A stretch of DNA of 64,000 nucleotides from Calcarisporiella thermophila CBS 279.70. Lineage: Eukaryota; Fungi; Calcarisporiellomycota. A program made the translations under genes and the position numbers. Numbering within the stretch: position 1 is the stretch's first letter; each line of letters opens with the position of its first letter. The notes under the pieces were generated by a model that saw only the letters and a list, made by a program, of their open reading frames with translations, was not told the origin of the DNA and did not search any database. Below, piece after piece: positions 47,687 to 57,732 of this stretch. The stretch lies in contig NW_027192205.1 of NCBI RefSeq assembly GCF_041956535.1, positions 462,900 to 526,899 of the forward strand, given 5' to 3'.

Positions 47687-49033
47687 ATGTCGATTTCTGT
47701 TGCATCAGGATTTCAGGGGCTGGGCCCTCTTGAATTCGAGATCCATCGCGATCCACTGGAGCAAACGCTTGAACTTTTCTCCTTGATGTCAACAGCCGAC
47801 TTTGTGGTAAGTTGAACCGCCAGTCGATCTTTCATGATGTTGCTGATTGATGGCTCCTCTTTTCAAGCCCGCCGAGAAAAATGCATCCTCGACAAAAGCT
47901 AGGGAATCGCAACGATTGCCCCCACCCGTCGCCCTTAATGAGCTCCAACCACAATCTCAACCGTCACCTAAACCTGCTCTTGATGCAATCCGGTCGACTC
48001 TGTTGGATCCTATCAAGGTTGAGCCAAACCGGGTCGAGCAAACCGAAGAGGATATTGACGATGATGATAAGCCGCTTCATTTGCTCCTTCAAGGCTCGCA
48101 TTCTCAGCTAAATCAACTGCGATCCCAGCCAACCCAAGCTATGACGAATGGGGCGCAGGGAGGCTCAGGCGCCAATAAGTGGTCCATTTCTCGGAAACTT
48201 CGGCGCATGCTCAGCCTTAAGGGCCGAAAACAAACCCTGGAACAGGGAGAGAAGATGGACCAGGGCAGCCCCAAGCTTATCGCTTTGCAATCTAGCCAGA
48301 ACAGTCTTCGATCTCAAACCAGCAGTAAGCGGGATTTGTCGAGCCTAGAATCTGGTCACGAGGAAAGAGATGGTGAGCATTGGAGCTCGTATCCACGGTC
48401 CCCTGTGCGAAGAATGCGTCCTCCTCACCCCCCTCGTGAGAGATTGAGGATGCGTGTAAATAGCGCACCCGAATTCCAATATCGCAGGACCGAACCCAAT
48501 GGTATATTTTCGATGCTTTTCCTTCGACTTGGATGGCGTCTAACCTACACTCTTGCTTCATAGTCCACCGTTCCGCCAGAGCCGATGCAAGGGAGCTTCG
48601 TCATCCAAGGCGGCGCCCGCTCTCCCACTACTATCACGAATTTCAGCAGGATCCGATCCAGAGGCTCCAGCACCCTGGCACTGGATCGACTGCGAGAAGC
48701 TTCTATAGCCTCCCCTCGTCGCCCTGCCCCTCCGCCGACTCCAACTCCTCCATCTCCTCCACCGCATCCCTCGCCTCCTCGACCGACACCTCTCTTTCCT
48801 CCCCGCAGAAATCTCCCGTATCTAGTGGGCGGCGCCTCAAGTTTAGCGACGATGTGCAGGTGCAATTCACGCACCATCCAGACCAATACGATCGGACGTC
48901 GGATCCGCATGCTACTTGCACGCGGCTCAGCGCCGGGATTGCTCTGCAGATCAAGCGTGAGCTGAACGAGTACAAGATGCGGGAAATGGTGGTGCACGAG
49001 GCGAGCCGAATTTACACGCATTTCTTCTCATGA
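47687..49033 (+). CDS. Bni4/Phactr-type protein phosphatase 1 regulatory protein
   Basis: Three exons (introns 47807-47867 and about 48502-48563). A disordered Ser-rich body precedes RRLKFS (RVxF-like)...QYDRTSD...TCTRLS...QIKRELNEYKMREMVVHEASRIYTHFF, the conserved Bni4/Phactr C-terminus. Confidence 0.82.
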
Positions 49034-49470
49034 TCATGTCTGTATTTTTATTTTTCTAATCTCTATACTAATGATCCCTATTACTTAGACTCTCTCTCTC
49101 CATATAATTGTCACCATCACGCCTTTTTTTATTATTATTTCTTCTTCTTTTTCTAAACCATATTAATGTTGAACCTTAGACTTCACTAATAATCATCTAT
49201 ACAGGCTACTCATGATTTTTCTTTTTAATGAGGGATATTTTCATCCTCATGTAATCTTCACTATTTCTCCCCTTCTATTTATAACTTTTCATTCAAAGGA
49301 TATCTAATAGGAGTGTAGATTCTGCCGATTTTATAAAATAACTTTGCTACCCTACTCTTGTGGGGAAAGATTGAAATAATTGGGGTAAAGGGGCATTTGA
49401 CCACGTTGTGGCTGCTCTTTCGGGCGCGACTCGTATTTAATCCGCTATTGAATTAGCCGAGTACTGAAAA

Positions 49471-49477
49471 TATAAAA
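49471..49477 (+). promoter_or_regulatory. TATA box of the CAP gene
   Basis: TATAAAA 60 bp upstream of the ATG at 49531. Confidence 0.5.
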
Positions 49478-49530
49478 ACTCTCGTATTTTCAACACCGCC
49501 ACTCTAGAGATCCTATTTGTCGAACCAGCA

Positions 49531-50009
49531 ATGAATATTCACGTCTTGTTAGCACTTTCACTCCTCAGTACTTTAGTGAATTTTGCACGGGCAAAATCCC
49601 CGCCAGCGTCTGAGAACGTTATACAAACAGTTGTTCTCAACGTGCACAACTCTCTACGTGCTAACCATGGGGCAGAACCACTCGCCTGGAGCCAAGAAGC
49701 TGCCAATATAGCCCAAGCATGGGCAAGTAATTGTATCTTTCAACATAGCAAGACGCCTGGATTCGGCGAAAACTTAGCATATGGGTACACCCTAATATTG
49801 AGGCTGCAATAAGGGCATGGTATAGCGAACGCGAGGCTTACAGAGGGGAATTTTCGATGGAAAGTGGCCATTTTTCGCAAGTGGTTTGGAAAAGTACTAA
49901 ACAAATTGGCTGTGCCGTCACCAACTGTCCTTTCGGCGGCTATTATGTTTGTGAGTATTCTCCACCTGGTAACGTACACGGCCAATTCCAGGCCAACGTG
50001 TCGCCTTAA
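49531..50009 (+). pseudogene. CAP/SCP/PR-1 (Pry-like) secreted protein with a single frameshift
   Basis: The first frame gives a signal peptide, LNVHNSLRANHG..PLAWS, FQHS and FGENLAYGY. After a frame change at about 49787-49790 it continues PNIEAAIRAWYSE...GHFSQVVWKSTKQIGCA...VCEYSPPGNVHGQFQANVSP*. Confidence 0.88.
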
Positions 50010-51413
50010 TGCCAGAATATCGAGAGTAAGAAAAGTATCGTCATCCCCAAAAACTGTTTTTATGTAACAAGACGGATTCCCTCCCTTGTTTCGTTACTGG
50101 AAATAAGGTTAAAATCATTACCTTTTGTGTTAGTTTGTTGTTTTATTACTTTCAATAATTCAGTAAGAGTAATCACCATTATTTAATAACAAGAGCTTTT
50201 CTTATTTTGATAAATAGTCGAACCATCTGAACTAGCTTAAAGGAAAGAGTCCCAGAATACGTTTCTATCGATTATAATCGGATAGGTATATTAAAAATCC
50301 TGAAAGTTGGCATAAAGATAGAAATGGCGCATATTTTCTCAACCTTTCCTGTATGGGTGTAATCACGCTCATCACTACTGAATAATGGAAAGCACAGATA
50401 TGCTATCCAAAAGGAACCTGTTCTGGCTTTCGCTTTACTCAATGCCCAAGTATTTCGTCTAACTTAGATGTCGAGCAAGTTACCCTGGAAAAAATTCGCT
50501 GTTTTTTACATTATTGAGGGGCAAAGAAACAATTCTAAGCATCTCAAACGATTTCATGGTCTTTTCTCCAAGAGATCTTATATTGAGTTTCATTAGCACG
50601 ATAAAACGTTGCAAAAGATATTATATCGATCGCTCACCTCTTATGCAGTATAGAATCCACGCAGAGCTAGGTATGAGTAGGTTGGCATAAGAGGCGGAAC
50701 TTTTCACGCTCCATTTGTAATATCTCCTAAGGAGAAACTCAACTATGCTTGGTATTTCTTCGTAAAAAAGCCGTTTGTTTAATCCCCAGCTGGTTGTAGC
50801 ATTGCGCCAAAAACTTGGAGAGTCCCATTCACTGAGGATTCCAGACCCTATATACTCTGTCGCCAAATCCCGAGCAGCATTTTGAAGGGTTTCTGAATCA
50901 GCAGTATGACACGTATGCCATTAAACGAATCGTTCGGATAAGGATTCCAGTGTGGCATTTGGCTTACTAGCCTTGAGAAGGGTCGCGAAACAAACAATCA
51001 ATTTTGCAACCATTAGGCCTATTCCGATAGATTCAGATGTATGTGTTCAAAAGGGACCACCACCTTTGGTGGGGTGAAATAACTAGTGCTCCGGTGGCAA
51101 GGTTGAGTCAAGTGGACTATGCCTCCAAACTAGATTTGAACAAGGTGGATTATTGGGTAGGGCCCACTTTTCACAGCCACCCTAAGATCTTTGATATTGG
51201 CACTTTCATCGAGACAGAGAGTGTCGGTTGAACATTACTTTTTACATTTTCTTGTGGTAGTAGCCCCATTCTTTGGATGCTCGCAATGATTCGTCTAATC
51301 CATCTGAATCTATCGATGTTGATCTTACGAGCATATAATGCCCAAAATAGAGGAAAATGACAATGAAAACCAAAAAAGAATACTATAATGGAAAGCTGCG
51401 GGAATCAGTTGAA

Positions 51414-52192
51414 TCACCCAATGCTTAGGAGGACCAACGCCCCCAATAGCCAGTTCATTTTCCATTCTACTTTTAGACTATTTTGGCCACTCAATAGGCT
51501 TGGAGTCACCATAGGAGCGGGGAGCATAGGTGCTGGGCCATGGCTGAAGATGGTCACCACGGTGACATGGGGAGCGATGCTAGGCGGGGGTGAATCGGAG
51601 GAGAGTGTAGTTAAAATAGGGGGTGGGTTCGCCGTTGGTGGGGAGCTTTCCTCCGCGGGAAACGAGACCGCCACGGGCGATTGAGACGAGGTTGACACGG
51701 GATCCTGCTGTGTGGAGAAAGTGATCACTGGAGCTGAGGCCGGGGAGGATACGCTACTTGTTTGCTCGGTCTGCAAAGATATCCCAGAGGATGGGTCAAC
51801 AGGGAAGGACGAGGTACTTGAAGCTGGAGCAATGCTTGTCCCCGCCCCGCTTGAAGATCCGTTGCTCTCTAAACCAGAACTGGACGAAGTGAGGGTTGAG
51901 GCCGGCTGCTGGAGAGAAGACACGGACACTGACTCGATGGAGGACGTGGAGCTGAAAGGGATTGTCCCAAGAACTAGTGCATAGATAGAGATATCACTAA
52001 GTATTCAGCCTGTCCGAGAGAGTGTGATTCCAAACCTTTCTCAAATTGTGTTGAGGTTGAGAGTGGCAATGAGGTTATTGTGTTGTTCGACTGACGCTCT
52101 ATGGGGCTACCCCTCGAAAGCACGGCAGAGGTTACCGCCATACTAGAGAGAAGGATGGCTATGGTGGAGTGCACCGTATAGGTATGAAGCAT
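51414..52192 (-). CDS. Secreted Ser/Thr/Pro-rich, probably GPI-anchored cell-surface protein
   Basis: Hydrophobic N-terminus, one phase-consistent intron and a mucin-like S/T body. The C-terminal SGQNS + spacer + WLLGALVLLSIG* resembles a GPI signal. Confidence 0.7.
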
Positions 52193-52425
52193 GTTTATGA
52201 ATTAATAAAGACAAGTGACTTCGAGGTATAATCTAATAACGGAGGAAATACTCAAGGGTGATCGAAGACGAAGAATAAAACCATCCCCTAGTTTATATCA
52301 TCATTTTAGTTTGGCGTTGGCTCAGGACGCACTGCTGTTTGGTAGGTTCTAGGTATTTTAATTGGCAAATCCTTTGCCAAAAACTTCCACTGCGCACGGA
52401 CGCTATGTTTCAACTCCGGTTTTTA

Positions 52426-52925
52426 TCAGTAGCGGGTGCTCCCTAGAGCAATGGTGATCACCATGGCCATGGCCAGTATAAAGGCAATAGCGTACGCAAT
52501 AAAGAAGCTTTTGCGGCCGTGCTCGACGAAGCCTTGCTTGACCAAGTGATTTTGGTTCTTGAAATACTTCAACAAGGCTCCCACCAAGGCTATAAAGCCC
52601 ACTCCACAAAATGAAATGCCAAGGCTAGAAGAGATAAGATTGGGTGTATAGTGTTTCCAGTCCTCCACTTGAATCGGCAGGGGAAAAACTAACGTCAGCC
52701 CGAGAATGACCAAGGCCATCGTGAGCTCCAGCCAAGAAAGAAAGGTACGCTCGTTGGCTTTAATGGAGGTAGCGAGGCAATGGAAAGCAGGTCAGCTGCG
52801 GTGGGGAGGGGAGAGGGGAGTAAAGGAAGTTTACCCATGTGGTCACGGGCCGTACTTTCTGTGTTTTTCAGCACCAGCTGAAGGTAGTTATGGAGTGAAA
52901 TTCCAGATTCCGTTTGGGATTCCAT
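52426..52925 (-). CDS. DUF202 (YidH/VTC1-like) membrane protein
   Basis: NTESTARDHM|ANERTFLSWL signature across one intron, followed by three hydrophobic helices. Confidence 0.9.
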
Positions 52926-53088
52926 GACAAGAGTAGAGTGGCAAAAAAAAAAACCTGTGACCGCTCCATTTTTGAAGAATGCAGGATGGCATGGCTTTTA
53001 GTCACTAAATTAAATTGGATCTTGGATTTTGCATAGAATGGGAGAGTAGAACAATCATGCTTTAAACATAATAGAGTACATTGTAGAA

Positions 53089-53129
53089 GGAGAAAGGAGA
53101 GAGGGAGAAAGGAGAGAGGGAGAAAAGAG
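53089..53129 (+). repeat. 15-bp purine tandem repeat (GGAGAAAGGAGAGAG x about 2.7)
   Basis: Read directly from the sequence; lies in the 3' UTR region of RPA3. Confidence 0.8.
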
Positions 53130-53144
53130 TAAGGGGTAAAAGTG

Positions 53145-53682
53145 TCATTCGAAAAGCTCCACGTACCGCTGGGATGCTTGAACGAGTTGATTATGAAGCT
53201 TAAGGTCTAATATTCAATCAAGATAGATAGGCGGGCTATCCGCGTTAGAGAAGTCTTCCAGTAAGGTGAGGAAATAAAAAGAGAAATTTACCAAAGTTTT
53301 CGCCAAAATTGGAGGACGTAAACTCAGTGATGGAGAGGTCGTCATTGACGCGCCCAATTATCTCGACATAGGGGGTTCCCCAAGTGTTTTCCTGTTCCGG
53401 AATAGGGAAAAATACAAAATGGATTGGAAAATCATGGAGATATAAGATGTCTAGGGAAGATTTACATTATTAAGCTGCACGCGGACATGCCCATTATCAC
53501 TGGCCTCGATCACGCCATAGTTTCCCGAATGCTAATGGACGAAGTTGAGCGTAAAAAAAGGGGTCGTGTAGAGAGAGATCGAGACAGGATCTCACCTGAA
53601 TTATTTTCCCAACGATTCGAACTACCTTTCCTCGGTACTTTTCGAGAAGCACTGAATTCACGCGCGGGGTCACTTGATCCAT
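53145..53682 (-). CDS. RPA3: Replication protein A 14-kDa subunit
   Basis: MDQVTPRVNSVLLEKYRGKVVRIVGKIIQ|...IEASDNGHVRVQLN|...YVEIIGRVNDDLSI...NFGENF|DLKLHNQLV; four exons. Confidence 0.92.
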
Positions 53683-53941
53683 CTTGCAATTGATCTCAAG
53701 TCGCGATATTTCGAAAAAAGAGAAATAAAGGGGGGGGGGGGGAACGAAAAAACACGTATTTCCGGCGAAATGGGACATTTGATTTCGTCACGGGATGACG
53801 ACATGCTTTGTTTTGAAAAATTTTCCTTCTTATTCATGGTAGGCACAAGCCCAAGGTTTGTTTCCTCCTCTTTTGCCTCGTTTCCAATTTGCTTAGGAAA
53901 GGCCTACTTCCCTACACAATCTCACCCAATCGAAACACAAC

Positions 53942-54393
53942 ATGGCCCACGATCAAGTCTGGTTCTCTCGTCCCCGCCGCTTCGGCAAAGGTTCCCGTGA
54001 ATGGTAAGGCTCACTCTAATGAAGATCGGAAGTTTGTTTTATTTTGTTTTTCCTCGAGCTTTTCTCGGGGATGATGGGTCTTTTTATTATCTATTTTCTT
54101 TTGCCTTTGCCTTTTGGCTATTGTACCCAGCCAAGCATTTCGGCCGATGTGGATACAATCCGTTTATTTCGTCCAATGCTAATCCCTTTTGTCTTTTTCT
54201 TCTCATAGCCGTGTGTGCACTCACCGCGCCGGTCTTATCCGCAAATACAACTTGATGTTGTGCCGTCAGTGCTTCCGTGACTACGCCAACGATATCGGTT
54301 TCCACAAGGTAGATATGGCTATGAGTTGCTGGAATCGAACTCCCATGCATCCTAACCTGACCTCATTCTCTCTTCCTATTATAGTACCGTTAA
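53942..54393 (+). CDS. RPS29: 40S ribosomal protein S29 (uS14)
   Basis: [20 protein letters not shown]|[34 protein letters not shown]|YR*; three exons, the last only 9 coding nt. Confidence 0.98.
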
Positions 54394-54699
54394 TTCATTA
54401 CATGTTTTACTTTCGTTGAACATGGGATAAATAAATAAATCGGTCTGTTGGGGCCATTTCTGCTTCGTTTTTCATCATCCGATTTGTCACAAACAATAAA
54501 TATCTTTCATATCTATACCTTTGGAAGGCGGACACTTGGCCTCCCTGCTTTCATCTTTAGATATCAGATTCTGAAATCAATTTTCAAATTGACCACACGA
54601 AACGGGAAAAGAGGGAGGAGGTTTGCAATAAATAAAACCGTGTCCTCTTTTTTTATTTCCACAGAATATACAGCAAGCTCCAAGTGGGCCGATGAAGAT

Positions 54700-55413
54700 A
54701 TGTTCGACGTTATCGGGATCTACCATACTTACTGGCTAGTGATTCTCCTGCCCCGCGAGGAGATTCTCTCTCTTATTCCCGATGGCTATAGCCTCGCACC
54801 AATAAACTCATGGCCAGCGGAATGTCAGTCATTGGTTGCTTCACCCGAACATCATCCTCTTCTGCTTGAAATAGGGAAACAGCATGATTCCGGCCCCCAG
54901 CTCACAAGATGGCTCAGGGCCGATTTCGGCGAGGCAAAGGTCAGCGTTCCATTTGTTCTCCTGCCCGCCAGGTTTTCCACCACCCGCCCATTCGTGTACA
55001 AACGGAACATCTATCTGACGCGACGATACCTAGCATGGTCGAGCTGGGCCTTCTTCGGCCTAAATTCGGAGATGAGCAGCATCGCGATGTCCGAGACAAA
55101 CGCCCGGGTCAAAACGGGCCAGGATACAGCGATAGACGCCGATATCGAGGAGGGGGCACCGGCGGAGAACATGGAGGGGATGAAGCGCATGTTCACGGGG
55201 ATCTTCGTGGGCGACGGCTCCAGCTATGGGGAGTTTGCAGGGGACGTCCGTCTGCTGCGGAGTGTGAAAGGGGTGGTGAGGTTCGGGAAGGGGATGGGTA
55301 AGTTGGAGGGAGGCGAGATGCCCGCGAGAGGGGTGGAGGTGGAGTACAAGTATGTGCTCCGGGGGCCGAAGCCGATCTCGTCGCTGCAAGACTCGTCCGA
55401 GCGGGCGGGATAG
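54700..55413 (+). CDS. Hypothetical protein, possibly acetoacetate-decarboxylase-like fold
   Basis: Intronless ORF of about 237 aa. The pattern LPREEILSLIPDGYSL...HPLLLEIG.Q...FGEAKVSVPFV is reminiscent of ADC-like beta-barrel proteins (recall only). Confidence 0.55.
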   Translation: MFDVIGIYHTYWLVILLPREEILSLIPDGYSLAPINSWPAECQSLVASPEHHPLLLEIGKQHDSGPQLTRWLRADFGEAKVSVPFVLLPARFSTTRPFVYKRNIYLTRRYLAWSSWAFFGLNSEMSSIAMSETNARVKTGQDTAIDADIEEGAPAENMEGMKRMFTGIFVGDGSSYGEFAGDVRLLRSVKGVVRFGKGMGKLEGGEMPARGVEVEYKYVLRGPKPISSLQDSSERAG

Positions 55414-55608
55414 GCCGTGTGGAGAGGGGTCGCGACTCGCAACATTTCACCGCCTCTAGTACACTCTATGTTTTATTTGTATGTTTCCTCTCTCTTCCCT
55501 CCCCTCCCATAAACAAACCGTTGTGTACAAAAGTGAGAAATACATCGGTATATGAAAAAACTAAATAGGCGAGTCGAATGGATGGATAGATAGATAGAGA
55601 TAGATGGA

Positions 55609-56577
55609 TCAATGCATATAAGTTATGTCTTCTGATGGAAAAGCAATGAATTTGCCGCGCTTGGCCTGGGCCTGGTCGTCGTGGAACCGGCGGTCGGCGC
55701 CTTTGTCCCGGAACACCTTGATCTTGCAAGAGCGCCTCTCCACGCTCCCGTCTTCGGCCGCGAACTCCACCATGAATTGCATCCGGACCCCCTTCTTCCC
55801 CCTAATCAGGGCGAACTCGGTCGACACACAGTGGAATTGCACCGCCAGCTCCGCCTTCTGTGCCGCGTGCAACAAGAACTGGACGCGGTTTTCGGCCATG
55901 GCCCGCACCTCTCGCACGCCGCTGCTCTTCTCGGCCAGCACGGAAAACAAGCGGCTGCTGGGGTTCCTCTTGCACCAGCCCGCCAGCAAGCTCTTGCCGT
56001 CGGTGTCGGCCGAGTCGTCGAGGGTGAGCGAGATCTCGCCGGAGACCTGAGTGTCCGGGGGCGCGGGCGGATCGATCTGGACGTGCAGGGTGTACGTTTG
56101 GTTGCGGTTGAGGTAGGTGGAGATGAAGCCGTTCTCCTTCTTGATGGCCGTGCGGGCGTTGAGCCAGACGCTGTAGACGGGCTTGGGGGCGGGCTCTGCC
56201 GGGGCCAGGGGGGAGGGGGCGGAGACGCTCATAGGGCCGGGGGAATAGGCGGCGAGCGAGGGGGCCAAGGGGCCGTGGGTGTGGGGTAGGATGTGCGAAG
56301 GGCTGCAAGGAAGGGCGGCGGGGGCTTGGGAGCAGAAGAGCAGCGGGTTGGGGAGCAGGAAGCCGGGAGAGTATACGAGCGACGACGGGAGGTGTATGTT
56401 GATGGCGGAGGCGAGGGGGTTGAGAAAGAGGGCGTCGCCGTACAGCAGCGGAGGGGGGCCCTGGGCAAGCAGGTCGAAGGGATCGCACGAGGGCGCATCG
56501 CCCGAGCCGGGGTCGCCGGGCAGGCCAGCGTCGGGGATGGTCTCGAGCGCAGAGCCGGGTTCAAAGTTGACGAGCAT
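55609..56577 (-). CDS. Grainyhead/CP2-family transcription factor
   Basis: CP2 DNA-binding motifs TYLNRNQTY (cf. TYLNKGQ.Y), VQFHCVSTEF...GKKGV (cf. LSTDF...G.KG.P) and SCKIKVFRDKGADRR (cf. C.IKVF..KGA.RK). Pro-rich N-terminus; intronless. Confidence 0.9.
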   Translation of the reverse strand: MLVNFEPGSALETIPDAGLPGDPGSGDAPSCDPFDLLAQGPPPLLYGDALFLNPLASAINIHLPSSLVYSPGFLLPNPLLFCSQAPAALPCSPSHILPHTHGPLAPSLAAYSPGPMSVSAPSPLAPAEPAPKPVYSVWLNARTAIKKENGFISTYLNRNQTYTLHVQIDPPAPPDTQVSGEISLTLDDSADTDGKSLLAGWCKRNPSSRLFSVLAEKSSGVREVRAMAENRVQFLLHAAQKAELAVQFHCVSTEFALIRGKKGVRMQFMVEFAAEDGSVERRSCKIKVFRDKGADRRFHDDQAQAKRGKFIAFPSEDITYMH

Positions 56578-56648
56578 GGTCAAGGCTGGGGAGATGCGAA
56601 CAAGGTCGAGCGGATGCCCTTAGCGCTTGCGCGCTCGCTGCAGCGGCC

Positions 56649-56656
56649 TATATATA
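56649..56656 (-). promoter_or_regulatory. TATA box of the Grainyhead-like gene
   Basis: Isolated TATATATA in very GC-rich DNA about 70 bp upstream of the ATG. Confidence 0.6.
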
Positions 56657-57732
56657 CACGGCCATACCCACGCCTACGCAGGCACATCCACTCACGCACT
56701 CGTGCCCCCCGCGTCCACTCACCGGCTTGCATGAAGAGTGATTTTCAAAATTGCCCGGCGAAAAATGAAAATCGTTTGCGGTGCAGCGATCGGCTTTTGA
56801 TCTTCGCCGAACCTTAAATCCAAAACTTGGGGGGATCCGCCCCTTTCCTCTCCCTGCTCGCGCCCGAGCAAGCGCTCGCGTTACGCGCGGCCTCGGCGGT
56901 GCTCTGCACATGCTTAGGCCGTGCTGCGTCGAGGCCGCGCCAGCCGTTGCCGAGGCCCCTTGGCACGCGGCGGCCGCGTTTCCAGAACAATCCGGCCCCG
57001 TCGCACCCGGTTTAGGTTGGCCGGCTCTCGCGCAAAGCTTGTTTCGATTTTCGAACTCTCTCGAACCTTGAGGTATTAATAGCCCGGCCTCCAGCGGTCA
57101 ATACAAGTTTGCGGTGAGGCATTTTCCGGCCTGGGAGGATGCGTCGATTTGTCGGCCACCCTCCGCCCCTTGCGCCAATTCTCCCCGTCCACCGCAGCCT
57201 GCCCCGCCCCCTCGCTGCACACCCACCCAAGCGCCTCGCGTCACGCCTAGGCGTGCTGCGCCGAAGAGCCGATGCAGAGGCCCTCATTTCGCATTAACGG
57301 TCGCGCTGCTTTTCTGCCGCTGGATCGGTTTCTGGTTGCGGAGATCATCCTTTAATGCTCTGCATTGCCACACGGCGTATGGTGGGTCGAGCTCAGTGGG
57401 GCTGTCATGGAGCTCAGCTCCAAACCCGCTTTCCAATTCCCGGCAATGGGGACTGCGCATGAGCCTATACGGCTGCCTCGCTTTTTACGGCCTCGCCGGA
57501 GTGGCCCATGGCATCCAATGTGTCAGTGTGCAGTGGTCGCCGTGCTTGAATTTTGCATTCGAATGGATAGAATGGGCCATGCAGAACCCCTTTCATTCAG
57601 CATGTATTCATCGCTGCATCCAATTCTCGAGGCTGGGGGAGGCTTAAACCCTCGACATTATTATTTCAGCAGCTATCTAAAGTAAAACAAGGACTGGATA
57701 GAAAAATATCAAACAAAGAACAAAAATGCAAA

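Noticed and set aside
50100-51400. Short ORF fragments suggesting a gene or transposon relic
   Set aside because: No recognisable motif or consistent splice model; I cannot support a call.
54004-54208. Possible intronic snoRNA in the long RPS29 intron
   Set aside because: Only an imperfect C-box-like GATGATG with no matching CTGA D box, and no convincing H/ACA double hairpin; needs Infernal or snoscan.
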